This document shows positions 39,396-49,188 of a stretch of 64,000 nucleotides of DNA, piece after piece. The position numbers were made by a program, and so were the translations under genes. Below the pieces are notes generated by a model that saw only the letters and a list, made by a program, of their open reading frames with translations, searched no databases and had not been told where the DNA came from. The DNA is from Desulfatiglandales bacterium (GTDB lineage Bacteria; Desulfobacterota; DSM-4660; Desulfatiglandales; Desulfatiglandaceae), in NCBI GenBank assembly GCA_963666345.1, contig OY762721.1, positions 1,792,001 through 1,856,000 of the forward strand, read 5' to 3'. Within the stretch, counting starts at the first letter, position 1, and each line of letters opens with the position of its first letter.

Positions 39396-41003
39396 TCATA
39401 GGGGGATAAGGGATTCCAGTTCCTCCTCTATGTAGGAGAGCCTGTCGACATCATCCTCTGTAAGCTCGTTTTCAGCGGCCTTTTTGACCACCCTCTTTCT
39501 GAGGCCCTTGAGGGTCTTCTCAAGATCTACGAGAGAGTTCAACATCTGGGTTTCAAAATCAGGAAGGGGTTCTTTTGCTTCATGTCTTTCAATCATGACT
39601 TCCTTCGGCTTAAGCACAAGCCTTTCCTTCCATTCAGGCACCTCGGCCTGTAATGAAAAATCGCTCCTTATTCTTTCGGCAAGGGCGACACTCGCACTTG
39701 TCTCACCATGAATGACAAACACCTTCGGGTTGCTTTCAAAATGACCCACCCAGCGAAGAAGATCCCCCTGGTCGGCGTGAGCCGAAAATCCGCCGATGGT
39801 GAAAACCTTCGCCTCAACCGCAACCCTCTCTCTGAATATCTTTACCTCTTTGGCACCTTCCACGATCTTGCGACCGGTTGTGCCATTGGCCTGAAAGCCG
39901 ACGAAAACGACGCTCGCCCCTTTCCTCCACAGATTGTGTTTAAGGTGATGTTTGATCCTTCCTGCCGTGCACATACCGCTTCCGGCGATAACTATGGCGG
40001 AGCCTTGCCTCTCATTTATGGCCATCGATTCCCTGGTGGATTCCGTGAATCTGAGATTGGGCAGATCGAACGGATCATAGCCTTCATCGACTATTGCCAG
40101 GGCCTCTTCATCGTAAAACCTCTTGTTTTTCCTGAAGATCTCGGTAGCCTTTATGGCAAGGGGACTATCGAGGTATATGGGGATATCGGGCAAATCTCCT
40201 TGACGGTGGAACTCTCCCAGGAGGTAGATTATCTCCTGTGTCCTTTCCACTGCAAAGGCCGGGATCATGATCTTCTCTCCCTTTGAAACACTGTAATTAA
40301 TTGCATCAAGCAATTCATATTTACTTTCCTCCAGAGACCGATGGTGCCGGTTTCCGTAGGTAGATTCAACGAACAGGTAATCTGCATCGAAAATCTCATG
40401 GGGGTCTTTTAGAATAAGCTGATTTTTTTTACCCAGATCCCCTGAAAAAACGAGCTTTATTGAAACGCCATCCTCTTCCACCCAGAGCTCCAGGATGGAA
40501 GAACCCAGGATATGCCCTGCGTTTCTCAGCCTGGCCCTTAGTCCCGGTTCAATATCTATTATCCGGTCCCTCTCAACAGGAGACAGGAGTCTTGAGCTTT
40601 TCTCAGCGTCCTCTGTTGTGTAAAGAGGCTCAATGACCTCCTTTGCCTGGCGTTTGTTCTTTCTGGTCTGCCACTCCGCATCCATCTCCTGGATATGCGC
40701 GGCATCCATGAACATGATCTCGCACAGCTCGGCGGTCGGCGGAGAGGTGATTATCCTGCCTGAAAAGCCATCCTTCACCAATTTAGGTATCCTGCCGCTG
40801 TGATCTATATGTGCGTGAGTGAGAAGGACCGTATTGAGCTCAGCCGGATCAAATTCCCAACCCTCCCAGTTTCGCCTCTCCATCTGCCTGCCGCCCTGGA
40901 AAAGACCGCAGTCCACAAGTACCTTTTTGCCTCCGGGGCTTTCCACAAAAAAACAGGAACCGGTTACCGAACCGGCCCCACCCATACATGTTATTTTCAC
41001 CAT
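39396..41003 (-). CDS. beta-CASP metallo-beta-lactamase ribonuclease
   Basis: VTGSC, THAHIDHSG, AGHILGS, ESTYG, GFSAHAD, HGE. Confidence 0.93.
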   Translation of the reverse strand: MVKITCMGGAGSVTGSCFFVESPGGKKVLVDCGLFQGGRQMERRNWEGWEFDPAELNTVLLTHAHIDHSGRIPKLVKDGFSGRIITSPPTAELCEIMFMDAAHIQEMDAEWQTRKNKRQAKEVIEPLYTTEDAEKSSRLLSPVERDRIIDIEPGLRARLRNAGHILGSSILELWVEEDGVSIKLVFSGDLGKKNQLILKDPHEIFDADYLFVESTYGNRHHRSLEESKYELLDAINYSVSKGEKIMIPAFAVERTQEIIYLLGEFHRQGDLPDIPIYLDSPLAIKATEIFRKNKRFYDEEALAIVDEGYDPFDLPNLRFTESTRESMAINERQGSAIVIAGSGMCTAGRIKHHLKHNLWRKGASVVFVGFQANGTTGRKIVEGAKEVKIFRERVAVEAKVFTIGGFSAHADQGDLLRWVGHFESNPKVFVIHGETSASVALAERIRSDFSLQAEVPEWKERLVLKPKEVMIERHEAKEPLPDFETQMLNSLVDLEKTLKGLRKRVVKKAAENELTEDDVDRLSYIEEELESLIPL

Positions 41004-41140
41004 ATCGTTCTCCTTGGTAGCTTAATCCGGGTCTGTTAAAAAAATACCAACTTCCTGTTTTATGATCGATTTATTGATAATGAATCATCCCGCCGAATCG
41101 TTCGGCTTCGTTCCCGATACGCCTCGAAGCGGTATAAACC

Positions 41141-41162
41141 GGTTTTTCACGAAGCCGTCAAA
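41141..41162. repeat. end of the REP-like repeat family seen at 52-201
   Basis: Reverse complement TGACGGCTTCGTGAAAAACC resembles TAACGGCTTCGTAAAGAC at 52. Confidence 0.5.
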
Positions 41163-41164
41163 CT

Positions 41165-42235
41165 TTAGCCCTCGTAGACAGGGTATCTGAAACGTTCTCC
41201 TCTGTAGTTCTCTATTATCAGGAGATTCTTTTCCTTTCCCACAATATAACTGGGCAAAAAGGGGACCTTTCCGCCTCCGCCCGGCAGATCAACCGCAAAA
41301 TGAGGCATGCAAAGCCCGGAGGTGTGGCCCTGAATTTCCTTAATAATGTCCAGTCCTTTCTTCATGTTTGTCCAGAAATGGGATGTCCCCCTGGCCAGGT
41401 CAGCCTGAAAAAGATAATAGGGCCTGACCCTTATGCTTAAAAGTTTCTGCATGAGCGACTTCATTGTCGCGGGCTCATCGTTTACGCCCTTAAGAAGAAC
41501 TGTATGGCACCCCAGGGGTAGGCCCGCATCGGCAAGCCTTCGGCAGGCGAGCGCAGACTGAGAGGTGACCTCCATAGGGTGATTGAAATGCGTGTGGATA
41601 TAAAGAGGGTGAAATTTTTTCATTATCCGGGTCAGGTCCTCGGTTATCCTCTGAGGCAGCGTGCAGGGAACTCTTGTTCCTATCCTTATGATCTCTACAT
41701 GTTCTATGGATCTAATCCGCTCCAGTATCCACTGGATCTCATCGTCTTCCAAAAGGAGCGGATCACCTCCTGAGAGCAGGACATCCCGCACTTGCCTGTG
41801 ATCCCTGATATAGTCAATTCCCTGTTTTATGGAATCCTCTGAGACCATGGATAGGTTTCCCACTTTTCTTTTCCTGTTGCAGAATCTGCAGTAGGTCGGG
41901 CAGATGGAAGAAACCAGCAGCAGGACACGGTCAGGGTACCTGTGGGTAAGGCCTCTTACAGGGGACAAGGCCTCCTCATTTAACGGATCCACATGGCCTC
42001 TTTGATCCGAGATTTCCCTCGGATCAGGTATGCACTGTCTGTATATCGGATCATCTTTTTCTTTTATAAGCCCCAGATAATAAGGATTTATACGCATCGG
42101 GTAGCGGGATACGATCTTTTCAGTCGTCTTCATGTCAAGGCCGTATAAAACAGAGACCTCCTCCGGTCTTGTAATGCTTTCGGAAAGGATCTTTTTCCAC
42201 ATAATGTCATTTTCTTTATTAGGCATTCCTATCAC
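41165..42235 (-). CDS. KamA family radical SAM enzyme (lysine 2,3-aminomutase-like)
   Basis: LTHRYPDR, CPTYCRFCNRKR, LLSGGDPL, HFNHP, PGGGGK (PLP lysine). Confidence 0.92.
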   Translation of the reverse strand: MIGMPNKENDIMWKKILSESITRPEEVSVLYGLDMKTTEKIVSRYPMRINPYYLGLIKEKDDPIYRQCIPDPREISDQRGHVDPLNEEALSPVRGLTHRYPDRVLLLVSSICPTYCRFCNRKRKVGNLSMVSEDSIKQGIDYIRDHRQVRDVLLSGGDPLLLEDDEIQWILERIRSIEHVEIIRIGTRVPCTLPQRITEDLTRIMKKFHPLYIHTHFNHPMEVTSQSALACRRLADAGLPLGCHTVLLKGVNDEPATMKSLMQKLLSIRVRPYYLFQADLARGTSHFWTNMKKGLDIIKEIQGHTSGLCMPHFAVDLPGGGGKVPFLPSYIVGKEKNLLIIENYRGERFRYPVYEG

Positions 42236-42267
42236 TTGTTATCAACCCAAACGGCGTCGAGCCGCAT

Positions 42268-43044
42268 TCATCGGGCAACTCGAATATGCTGTCCGGAAGT
42301 TAAAACACCTCCTGCCTTCGGGCCGCAATTGAAGAGCAGGTCAAATGCAGAGAGATTGGGGATAAAATCACCCCAGAGTTGAGGATACACAGGACTTGAA
42401 GGTCGAAAAAAATCAAGCCCCACGCCCTCTTTTCTGAAAAGTTCCTGATCCATGTATTTACGGGCACTGTTTTGGGCCAGAAAATCGGAACAGCCGAGTT
42501 TCCTGCATAACTCCAGAGAAAGATAGGGCTCCCGGTCACTTATATCAAGTTCTGAAAGCAACATACAGTCCGTTTCTATTTCCAGTCGTTCTAACAGGTA
42601 CCTTATAACGGCGACGTTCAGATCGACCAGCCACTCCCACCTTTTTTCAAACATATTAGCTATAAAAGGCAGATGCTCCTCAAAAAAAGGGCTCTTGGAA
42701 TAGGCCGCCTTGAGACTCGACAGATTCTTTCTCATCCAGCGTCCCTCATGACAGATTCGCACATCCCTGATCCTCTGAAGTCCAAGCCCCTTTTTCCAAA
42801 CAGGTACTTTAATCCAGAGTATGCCCTGGTCATTCTTGAATCTGTTCCTCGTAAGCCATGTAGATCCCCTTGGAAACTGAACACAGTCCATAAGAACAAG
42901 CAGATCTGATCTGAGCGCCTTTTCGAAAAACCCTGGAAAGGGGGCAAGATATGGCTGGTAGGCGGATACTCTCATAACAGGCATCAAGACCTTTAAAAAG
43001 ATGCAAAAAAAGACGATCCCCATATTGACGCGGCCCCTCTGCAA
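42268..43044 (-). CDS. WbqC-like protein
   Basis: YQPYLAPFPGFF, RNRFK, YSKSPFF, YPQLWGDFIPNLSAFDLLFNCG; true start probably near MRVSAYQP. Confidence 0.88.
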   Translation of the reverse strand: MQRGRVNMGIVFFCIFLKVLMPVMRVSAYQPYLAPFPGFFEKALRSDLLVLMDCVQFPRGSTWLTRNRFKNDQGILWIKVPVWKKGLGLQRIRDVRICHEGRWMRKNLSSLKAAYSKSPFFEEHLPFIANMFEKRWEWLVDLNVAVIRYLLERLEIETDCMLLSELDISDREPYLSLELCRKLGCSDFLAQNSARKYMDQELFRKEGVGLDFFRPSSPVYPQLWGDFIPNLSAFDLLFNCGPKAGGVLTSGQHIRVAR

Positions 43045-43094
43045 ATAATATCGGGCAGATCCAAAGCGGAAAGCATTTCAGATCATAGCCGGTA

Positions 43095-43706
43095 CTAACT
43101 CAAACAACCGATCTGTTCCAGGACAGCCCTTGATGCATACTCGGCCACATCTGCCAGACCGTCAACCGGCATAAAGGATAAGGCATTCGCGGAAAACAGG
43201 CACTTGACAGACGCCGGGAATTCCTCATCAGCAAGATAAAAGATATAATTGAGATATATCTTAGGCAACGCCGGCAATAACAACGAAAAATCACCCGGCA
43301 TATCAATATTCGGTTTCGGACAGCAAAATTTTCTTCTTATCGAATCCCTGGATTGATATATCATATCAACATAAGGGATCAAGACCCTCTCACTGTTGTT
43401 TGAAAAGGCCCCATGATACGGCATGCTGTCTGGAAAATCACGAAAGGAGATGAATGGTTCGATCAGGATCTCCTCAGGGCTCCTGTTGAGCGCATAAAGG
43501 GAAATCAAAAGAGCCCTCTGATCAAGAACCTCTTTTCCTGACAACAAGACAGAGCACCTTCTTATCCGGCAATCCTCGCCAAAGGCCCTGAAAGAATATT
43601 CATCCCCCTGCCTTACGGCCCCAAGCAATTTCTCAAGCCCTTTCGGCATATTTTCAAAGAGTATCGAGAGATTTTCCCTAACCGTTCCGGCGTATTGAGA
43701 TTCCAT
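43095..43706 (-). CDS. DUF3786 family protein
   Basis: ISFRDFPDSMPY..AF, LPKIYL, ADEEFPASVKCLF; start moved to ATG 43706. Confidence 0.82.
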   Translation of the reverse strand: MESQYAGTVRENLSILFENMPKGLEKLLGAVRQGDEYSFRAFGEDCRIRRCSVLLSGKEVLDQRALLISLYALNRSPEEILIEPFISFRDFPDSMPYHGAFSNNSERVLIPYVDMIYQSRDSIRRKFCCPKPNIDMPGDFSLLLPALPKIYLNYIFYLADEEFPASVKCLFSANALSFMPVDGLADVAEYASRAVLEQIGCLS

Positions 43707-44292
43707 AACAAGTAAGCCCTTCCACAACGCTATTGTTTTCACACAAATCCGGATAAAAACACACGTGTCTGAGCATGCCGCAATCAAATGGACAAAGGTG
43801 TTTTTTCTCTGCTACGCTCAGCCCCCTCTGCCCATTTCCTCATAACACCGTCTGTCAGTGCACAAGCACAGGCGCCCGGAACAAATAATTCAGTTTAATC
43901 TATCCCATCCGGCCTTATCAATCAAGTGAATGGACCCCTGATCCACCATCAAGGCATCATTTATCCCATTTACAGAGGGATTGCCTTCGATCGCTTAGGC
44001 ATTTCCACGTATCTTTGATATGTGCAGGAATGCTTTTTCGAGTTACATCCGGCACCTTCCGGATGCTCGAGGGTTTCTAATATCGGTTGCCAATTTATTT
44101 TTAGTATGATAGATGCCTTTCAGTTGCCGGAAACGATTCAAAACATATGACATTGATAATTTTCTATTTTTCTCGGCTAACGGCCTGACCTTTTGATCCG
44201 CCGCAAGCACCTTTTACGGCAGGTATCTACATATCTTTAAGGGGGAATTTCAACCCCATCAGAACATACCCTCAAAAAGGGGAATTAAAAGG

Positions 44293-45768
44293 ATGCAAAT
44301 CAGTCTGCGTACACGGATATACTCTCTACTATCGGCCCTCGTGCTCATAACACTTTTGGGAGGTCTTGTGATGATGTGGTACACCTACCGCATGCAGAGC
44401 CTTTTCACAAGTATAGTCGACCGATATATAGAGGCCTTTCAGGCTGCTGAGGAGCTTGAAACCGCCCTTGCCAACCAGAAAGGCTTTGTCTCCTATTACC
44501 TGCTTGAGGGAGATGCCGAATGGCTCAGCAAACTGGGTGAGAACAGGCAGATATTCAAGGAACAGCTCAATAAGGCAAAAAACCTTGCCGAGGCTGAAGA
44601 GCAAAAGGAGAAGCTGGAGCAGATAGAATGGGAAAATGCCGTGTATATAGCCTCAAAAGACCGGGTAATAGATTATTACAGGAAGGGAGAGGTTGAACAG
44701 GGTACGAGGCTCCACTCCGAGGTGCGGGCACATTTCAATAAGATCCTGGAAATGTGCGAGCAACACAAAGAGACCTACAGGGAGATAATAAGACAGGCAA
44801 GAATCAAAAGCGGCAGACAGGGGGCGAGGCTCAGGATTGTAGCGGGTTCTGCGATTATTATGGTTATCTTTCTTGGCTTTCTCCTCATATTTGTCCTTTT
44901 CAAACAAATACTTTTCCCCTTAAGAAAACTGGCCATGGAGGTCTATAGACAGGGTGACAATTACGAATCGGACGACGAGATAAAGGCACTGAGCAGGAGC
45001 GTTCATGAATTGATAGAGGATATCGACTATACACATTTTGAACTGGAAAAAAGCCGTGAAAGTCTCCTGCAATCCGAGAAGATGGCACTGGTGGGGAGGC
45101 TTGCCGCAGGGATGGCCCACAGTATCAGAAATCCTCTAACCTCAGTCAAGATGAGGTTGTTTTCACTGAGCAGAAACCTGGACCTGACGCCGAATCAGGA
45201 AGAAGATTTCGAGGTGATTTCCGAAGAGATCAGACATACGGATACGATTGTCCAGAACTTTCTTGAGTTTTCCAGACCACCTAAATTAAAGATGCAGAAG
45301 ATCAGTCCGTCTGAGGTTGTGGACCTGGCCATTCAATTACTTGAGCACCGCCTCAAGGCATACGATGTCGAGGCCAGGATCGACAGGTCAGGGTCACTTC
45401 CTGAAATTGAGATCGATCCTGAACAGCTCAAAGAGGTCATTGTCAATATAGTGGTAAACGCCTGCGAGGCCATGGGAAGGGGCGGAGCCATCACCATCTC
45501 TGAAGAAAAAAGTGGAGACAGGTTCACAGGAGAAAAGGCCTGCATAAAAATAACCGATAACGGACCTGGGATTCCCAAGTCTGTAAAGGGAAAAGTCCTC
45601 CAACCCTTTTTCACCACAAAAGACGAAGGAACGGGTCTCGGCCTAAGCATAGCGGTTAGGATCGTGGAACAGCATAGAGGCACTTTATCCGTGGAGTCAA
45701 AAGAGGGTGAAGGCACCTCCTTTATAATTATGCTCCCCGTAAAATCGTCAAAAGGAGTCAAGAATTGA
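44293..45768 (+). CDS. membrane sensor histidine kinase (four-helix extracytoplasmic sensor)
   Basis: Two TMs, LAAGMAHSIRNPL, NACEAM, DNGPGI, GTGLGL. Confidence 0.92.
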   Translation: MQISLRTRIYSLLSALVLITLLGGLVMMWYTYRMQSLFTSIVDRYIEAFQAAEELETALANQKGFVSYYLLEGDAEWLSKLGENRQIFKEQLNKAKNLAEAEEQKEKLEQIEWENAVYIASKDRVIDYYRKGEVEQGTRLHSEVRAHFNKILEMCEQHKETYREIIRQARIKSGRQGARLRIVAGSAIIMVIFLGFLLIFVLFKQILFPLRKLAMEVYRQGDNYESDDEIKALSRSVHELIEDIDYTHFELEKSRESLLQSEKMALVGRLAAGMAHSIRNPLTSVKMRLFSLSRNLDLTPNQEEDFEVISEEIRHTDTIVQNFLEFSRPPKLKMQKISPSEVVDLAIQLLEHRLKAYDVEARIDRSGSLPEIEIDPEQLKEVIVNIVVNACEAMGRGGAITISEEKSGDRFTGEKACIKITDNGPGIPKSVKGKVLQPFFTTKDEGTGLGLSIAVRIVEQHRGTLSVESKEGEGTSFIIMLPVKSSKGVKN

Positions 45769-47195
45769 GCACCATTCTTATAATAGATGACGACGATCAG
45801 CTGAGAAAGAGTTTTGAAAAGCTCCTCGGCGAAGAGGGCTATAAGATTAAAAGCGCAGCCTCAGGTGAAGAAGGGATAGATTTAGTCAAGGAAAGCCCGC
45901 CTGATCTGGTTATCCTTGATATGCGTCTTCCCGGCATTAACGGACTCGAAACATTCAAGATTATACATGGAATCGAGCCCAAGATCCCTGCCATAATGAT
46001 GACGGCCTTCGGCACAACGGAGACCGCTATCGAGGCCACCAAGATGGGTGCCTTTGACTATATGCTTAAGCCTTTTGACATTCCGGACATGCTTTCGGTA
46101 ATCAAACAGGCCCTTGAGGCAAGCCGCTTCATGCGCTCTCCGGTTGACATGGACCCGGTACCGTATAAGACGGTAAGGGAAGCGATTATAGGCAAAAGCA
46201 AATCCATGCAGGACATATACAAATCAATAGGAAGGGTCTCTCCCACGGATGCGACAGTACTTGTAAGGGGTGAATCGGGAACAGGAAAGGAACTCGTTGC
46301 TCGAGCCATATACCAGCATAGCCTCAGGGCCGACAAACCGTTTCTGGTCATCAACTGCGTGGCGATACCTGAAAATCTCCTCGAAAGTGAGCTTTTCGGA
46401 TATGAAAAGGGGGCCTTCACCGGGGCCGCTCACAGGCGGGTTGGAAAAATGGAGCAGGCAAACGGGGGCACTATTTTCCTTGACGAAATAGGTGACATGC
46501 CCTTCAGCATTCAGGCCAAGATACTCAGGCTCCTTCAGGAAAAGAGTATCGAACGGCTGGGAGGACGAGAAACCATACCGGTGGATGTCCGAATAATTGC
46601 CGCTACAAACCGAAATCTCGAGGCGGCCCTTGAAGAGGGAAGGTTTCGTGAGGATCTCTACTACCGCCTGAAGGTCGTTACCATATTACTTCCACCTCTG
46701 CGTAACAGAGAGGATGATATCCCGTTACTGACAGAATATTTTCTCAGCCGGTATGCACATGAATCAGGCATGGATAACCACGGGATAACCAATGAGGCCC
46801 TGGCCCGGTTAAGCGGCTATAACTGGCCGGGAAACGTGAGGGAGCTGGGTAATACCATGCAGAAGGCCCTCATTTTTAACCGCGGGGGGCCGATAGGTCC
46901 TTCAGATATAAGACAGGCAATAAGTGGAAAGGACTCCTATTCGGAAATCGGCGAACAGGGAAACAATGATGTAATGCGGCAATGGGTAAGAGAGGCACTG
47001 GCCTCTGAAATAAGCGAAAACATGTTTGATTCCTGCATTGATAAATTTGCAAGTATGCTGATAAGCGAGGCACTGAAGATAACCGGTGGAAACCGGTCCA
47101 AGGCTGCCAGGTTACTAGGCCTTTCAAGGCCTACCCTTCATTCAAAAATAGAGAAATATAACCTCCGCCTGGAGACATCGGTAAAGGGAGAATAA
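45765..47195 (+). CDS. sigma54-dependent response regulator (NtrC family)
   Basis: Receiver, GESGTGKE, GAFTGA, FLDEIG, WPGNVREL, Fis-type HTH; overlaps the kinase stop codon. Confidence 0.96.
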   Translation: MSTILIIDDDDQLRKSFEKLLGEEGYKIKSAASGEEGIDLVKESPPDLVILDMRLPGINGLETFKIIHGIEPKIPAIMMTAFGTTETAIEATKMGAFDYMLKPFDIPDMLSVIKQALEASRFMRSPVDMDPVPYKTVREAIIGKSKSMQDIYKSIGRVSPTDATVLVRGESGTGKELVARAIYQHSLRADKPFLVINCVAIPENLLESELFGYEKGAFTGAAHRRVGKMEQANGGTIFLDEIGDMPFSIQAKILRLLQEKSIERLGGRETIPVDVRIIAATNRNLEAALEEGRFREDLYYRLKVVTILLPPLRNREDDIPLLTEYFLSRYAHESGMDNHGITNEALARLSGYNWPGNVRELGNTMQKALIFNRGGPIGPSDIRQAISGKDSYSEIGEQGNNDVMRQWVREALASEISENMFDSCIDKFASMLISEALKITGGNRSKAARLLGLSRPTLHSKIEKYNLRLETSVKGE

Positions 47196-47267
47196 GGAAT
47201 CCAGGACCACAGAAGATGATTTTCTACAATGGAATACCCCGCTGTTTGTTGAGGTCTTTTTACATAT

Positions 47268-47284
47268 TGTAAAAAAAACAGACA
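47268..47284. promoter_or_regulatory. putative enhancer-binding-protein site
   Basis: TGTAAAAAAAACAGACA (TGT-N11-ACA), 113 bp upstream of a sigma54 promoter; near-identical site at 48592. Confidence 0.6.
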
Positions 47285-47380
47285 GCAAAGCACCTCCTTT
47301 CCGAGGCAGCCCCCTTCCATAATTGTCGATATTCCCATTATATTCTGCATGTTATCAATCATAGAGAACCGTCCCGAGTT

Positions 47381-47396
47381 TGGCACATGAGTTGCT
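47381..47396 (+). promoter_or_regulatory. sigma54 -24/-12 promoter
   Basis: TGGCAC-ATGAG-TTGCT matches the consensus. Confidence 0.85.
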
Positions 47397-47795
47397 TCCT
47401 ATTTATCTAAAGGTAGATTTTGAGAAGTACCCTTCCTGAAAGAGCAGAAAACTAGCTTTACATAATGAAATCATCTCCAAAAGAGTTGATTCTTGAGGAT
47501 AGGATTTCAAGGGTTTTAAAAGCCCCAACAGATAGCAATTTCAGGCAAAAACAGGAAAGCCGTGAACAGTAACGACTCTGAGGTCCATCGCTTGGGCCCT
47601 TGAGTCGTGGAAATTGAAGGCCTGTTTTTCGAACTTAACTGGGTAAGTGTCCTGTAATATAATTTTTATCCGGCATTTACCTCACCGGAGGAACTCCTCA
47701 AACAAGGGGATTAAAAATGATTCCTCGCGGGGGTAATTTTTAGGTATCATTCATCAAGCCTGCATTGCTTGGGCTCAAAAAAAGGAGGTGCCGCC

Positions 47796-48479
47796 ATGCT
47801 GGTGAAAAATTGGATGAGCACGGATTTAATTACAATCGATGTTGACGATTCCATGCAGAATGCAGTCAATCTGCTCAGGGAAAAAGGCATAAACATGATG
47901 CCGGTCCTTGAAAATGGACTGCTTGCAGGGGTCATAAGCGATCGGGATTTGAGAAAGGCCTCAGCATCTGATGCGACCTTGCTTGAGACCCATGAGTTAC
48001 GCTACCTGCTTCTGAAAATAAAGGTAAGAGACATAATGTCAAAGGCACCTGTTACAGTCACGCCCGAATTCACGGTCGAAGAGACGGCCCAGATGATGCT
48101 GGAAAAAGGAATTTCCGGTGTTCCGGTGGTGGAAAAGGCGGGCAATGTGGTGGGAGTTATAACCAAGACAGATATCTTTAAGGTATTGATCGCCCTTACC
48201 GGAGTGGGAAAACGAGGCATCCAGTTCGCCTTCCAACTTGAAGACAGTTCAGGGTCCATAAAGAAAGTTGCTGATATTATAAGGAATTTCGGGGGCCGAA
48301 TGATAAGCATACTGAGTTCCTATGAAAATGCCCCCCCCGGATACAGGAAGGTCTACATCCGCGTGTTTGAAATTGAAAGAGACAAGCTTCTTGGACTTCA
48401 AGATGCATTAAGGGAAAAATTTCAACTACTGTACATGGTAGACCATAGAGAAAACAGAAGAGAGATCTTCGACCATTAA
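47796..48479 (+). CDS. CBS-pair plus ACT domain protein (AcuB-like)
   Basis: MLVKNWMS, GVISDRDL, KVRDIM, GVITKTDIF, C-terminal ACT-like domain; AAGGAGG SD. Confidence 0.9.
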   Translation: MLVKNWMSTDLITIDVDDSMQNAVNLLREKGINMMPVLENGLLAGVISDRDLRKASASDATLLETHELRYLLLKIKVRDIMSKAPVTVTPEFTVEETAQMMLEKGISGVPVVEKAGNVVGVITKTDIFKVLIALTGVGKRGIQFAFQLEDSSGSIKKVADIIRNFGGRMISILSSYENAPPGYRKVYIRVFEIERDKLLGLQDALREKFQLLYMVDHRENRREIFDH

Positions 48480-48591
48480 ACAGGGCCGAAACAATCTAAA
48501 AAGATCTTGTTTCTCCGTATCACAGGACAGCTCATTTTTGATACTGAAAAGCCATTTTTATTCGCCATGATCGGAGCAGCTTTTTTCACTT

Positions 48592-48608
48592 TGTAAAAAA
48601 AATTGACA
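48592..48608. promoter_or_regulatory. putative enhancer-binding-protein site
   Basis: TGTAAAAAAAATTGACA, 120 bp upstream of a sigma54 promoter. Confidence 0.6.
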
Positions 48609-48711
48609 CTTTGTCCCACATTTTAAAACCGTTGTTTTTAATTATAAAAATAATATTAACATATTCAACCGGTTATAGCTGTAAAGAGAAAATTCCGCTT
48701 CTCTTTTATAC

Positions 48712-48727
48712 TGGCATGGGACTCGCA
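48712..48727 (+). promoter_or_regulatory. sigma54 -24/-12 promoter
   Basis: TGGCAT-GGGAC-TCGCA (GG-N10-GC). Confidence 0.7.
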
Positions 48728-48764
48728 TTTACTTAATAAATAATATATAGAATGAGGAGTTCCT

Positions 48765-49148
48765 GTGGAAAAGAGAGTCACCATCCTGATAGCGGACCGG
48801 AACAGAAATGTGAGAGAATTTCTGAAGCGAGAAATGGCAGCTGAAAACTACGACGTCTGCCTGGCCAGGAATTGCAAAGAAGTTCTGGAAATGTTAGAGA
48901 AGAAGGTTAAAGACCTGCTGATCCTTGATCTTGATCTTCCGGATTCGAACGAGGTAGATCTGCTGAAGGATCTCCAGGAGCATTTTCCAACGCTCCCTGT
49001 TGTGGTGCACACATTTCTGTCTGACTATGCTACGCATCCTGTTGTGCTGAGCACCTCCACTTTCGTGGAGAAAAAGGGCAGCAGTGTGGAAGGCCTAAAA
49101 AAAGTGGTCTCTGACTTGCTGTTGAAATCAAAACCAAGGCCGGGCTAG
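48765..49148 (+). CDS. single-domain response regulator (atypical acidic pocket)
   Basis: ILIADRN, LLILDLDLPD, PVVVHT, FVEK; GAGGAG SD. Confidence 0.85.
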   Translation: MEKRVTILIADRNRNVREFLKREMAAENYDVCLARNCKEVLEMLEKKVKDLLILDLDLPDSNEVDLLKDLQEHFPTLPVVVHTFLSDYATHPVVLSTSTFVEKKGSSVEGLKKVVSDLLLKSKPRPG

Positions 49149-49188
49149 ATTCCCGGCTGCATGGATCCTTGCAACCCGGAACCCTCAA

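Noticed and set aside
44110..44232. structured RNA closed by TAGATGCCT/AGGTATCTA
   Set aside because: A single short helix with no recognisable family; could be chance
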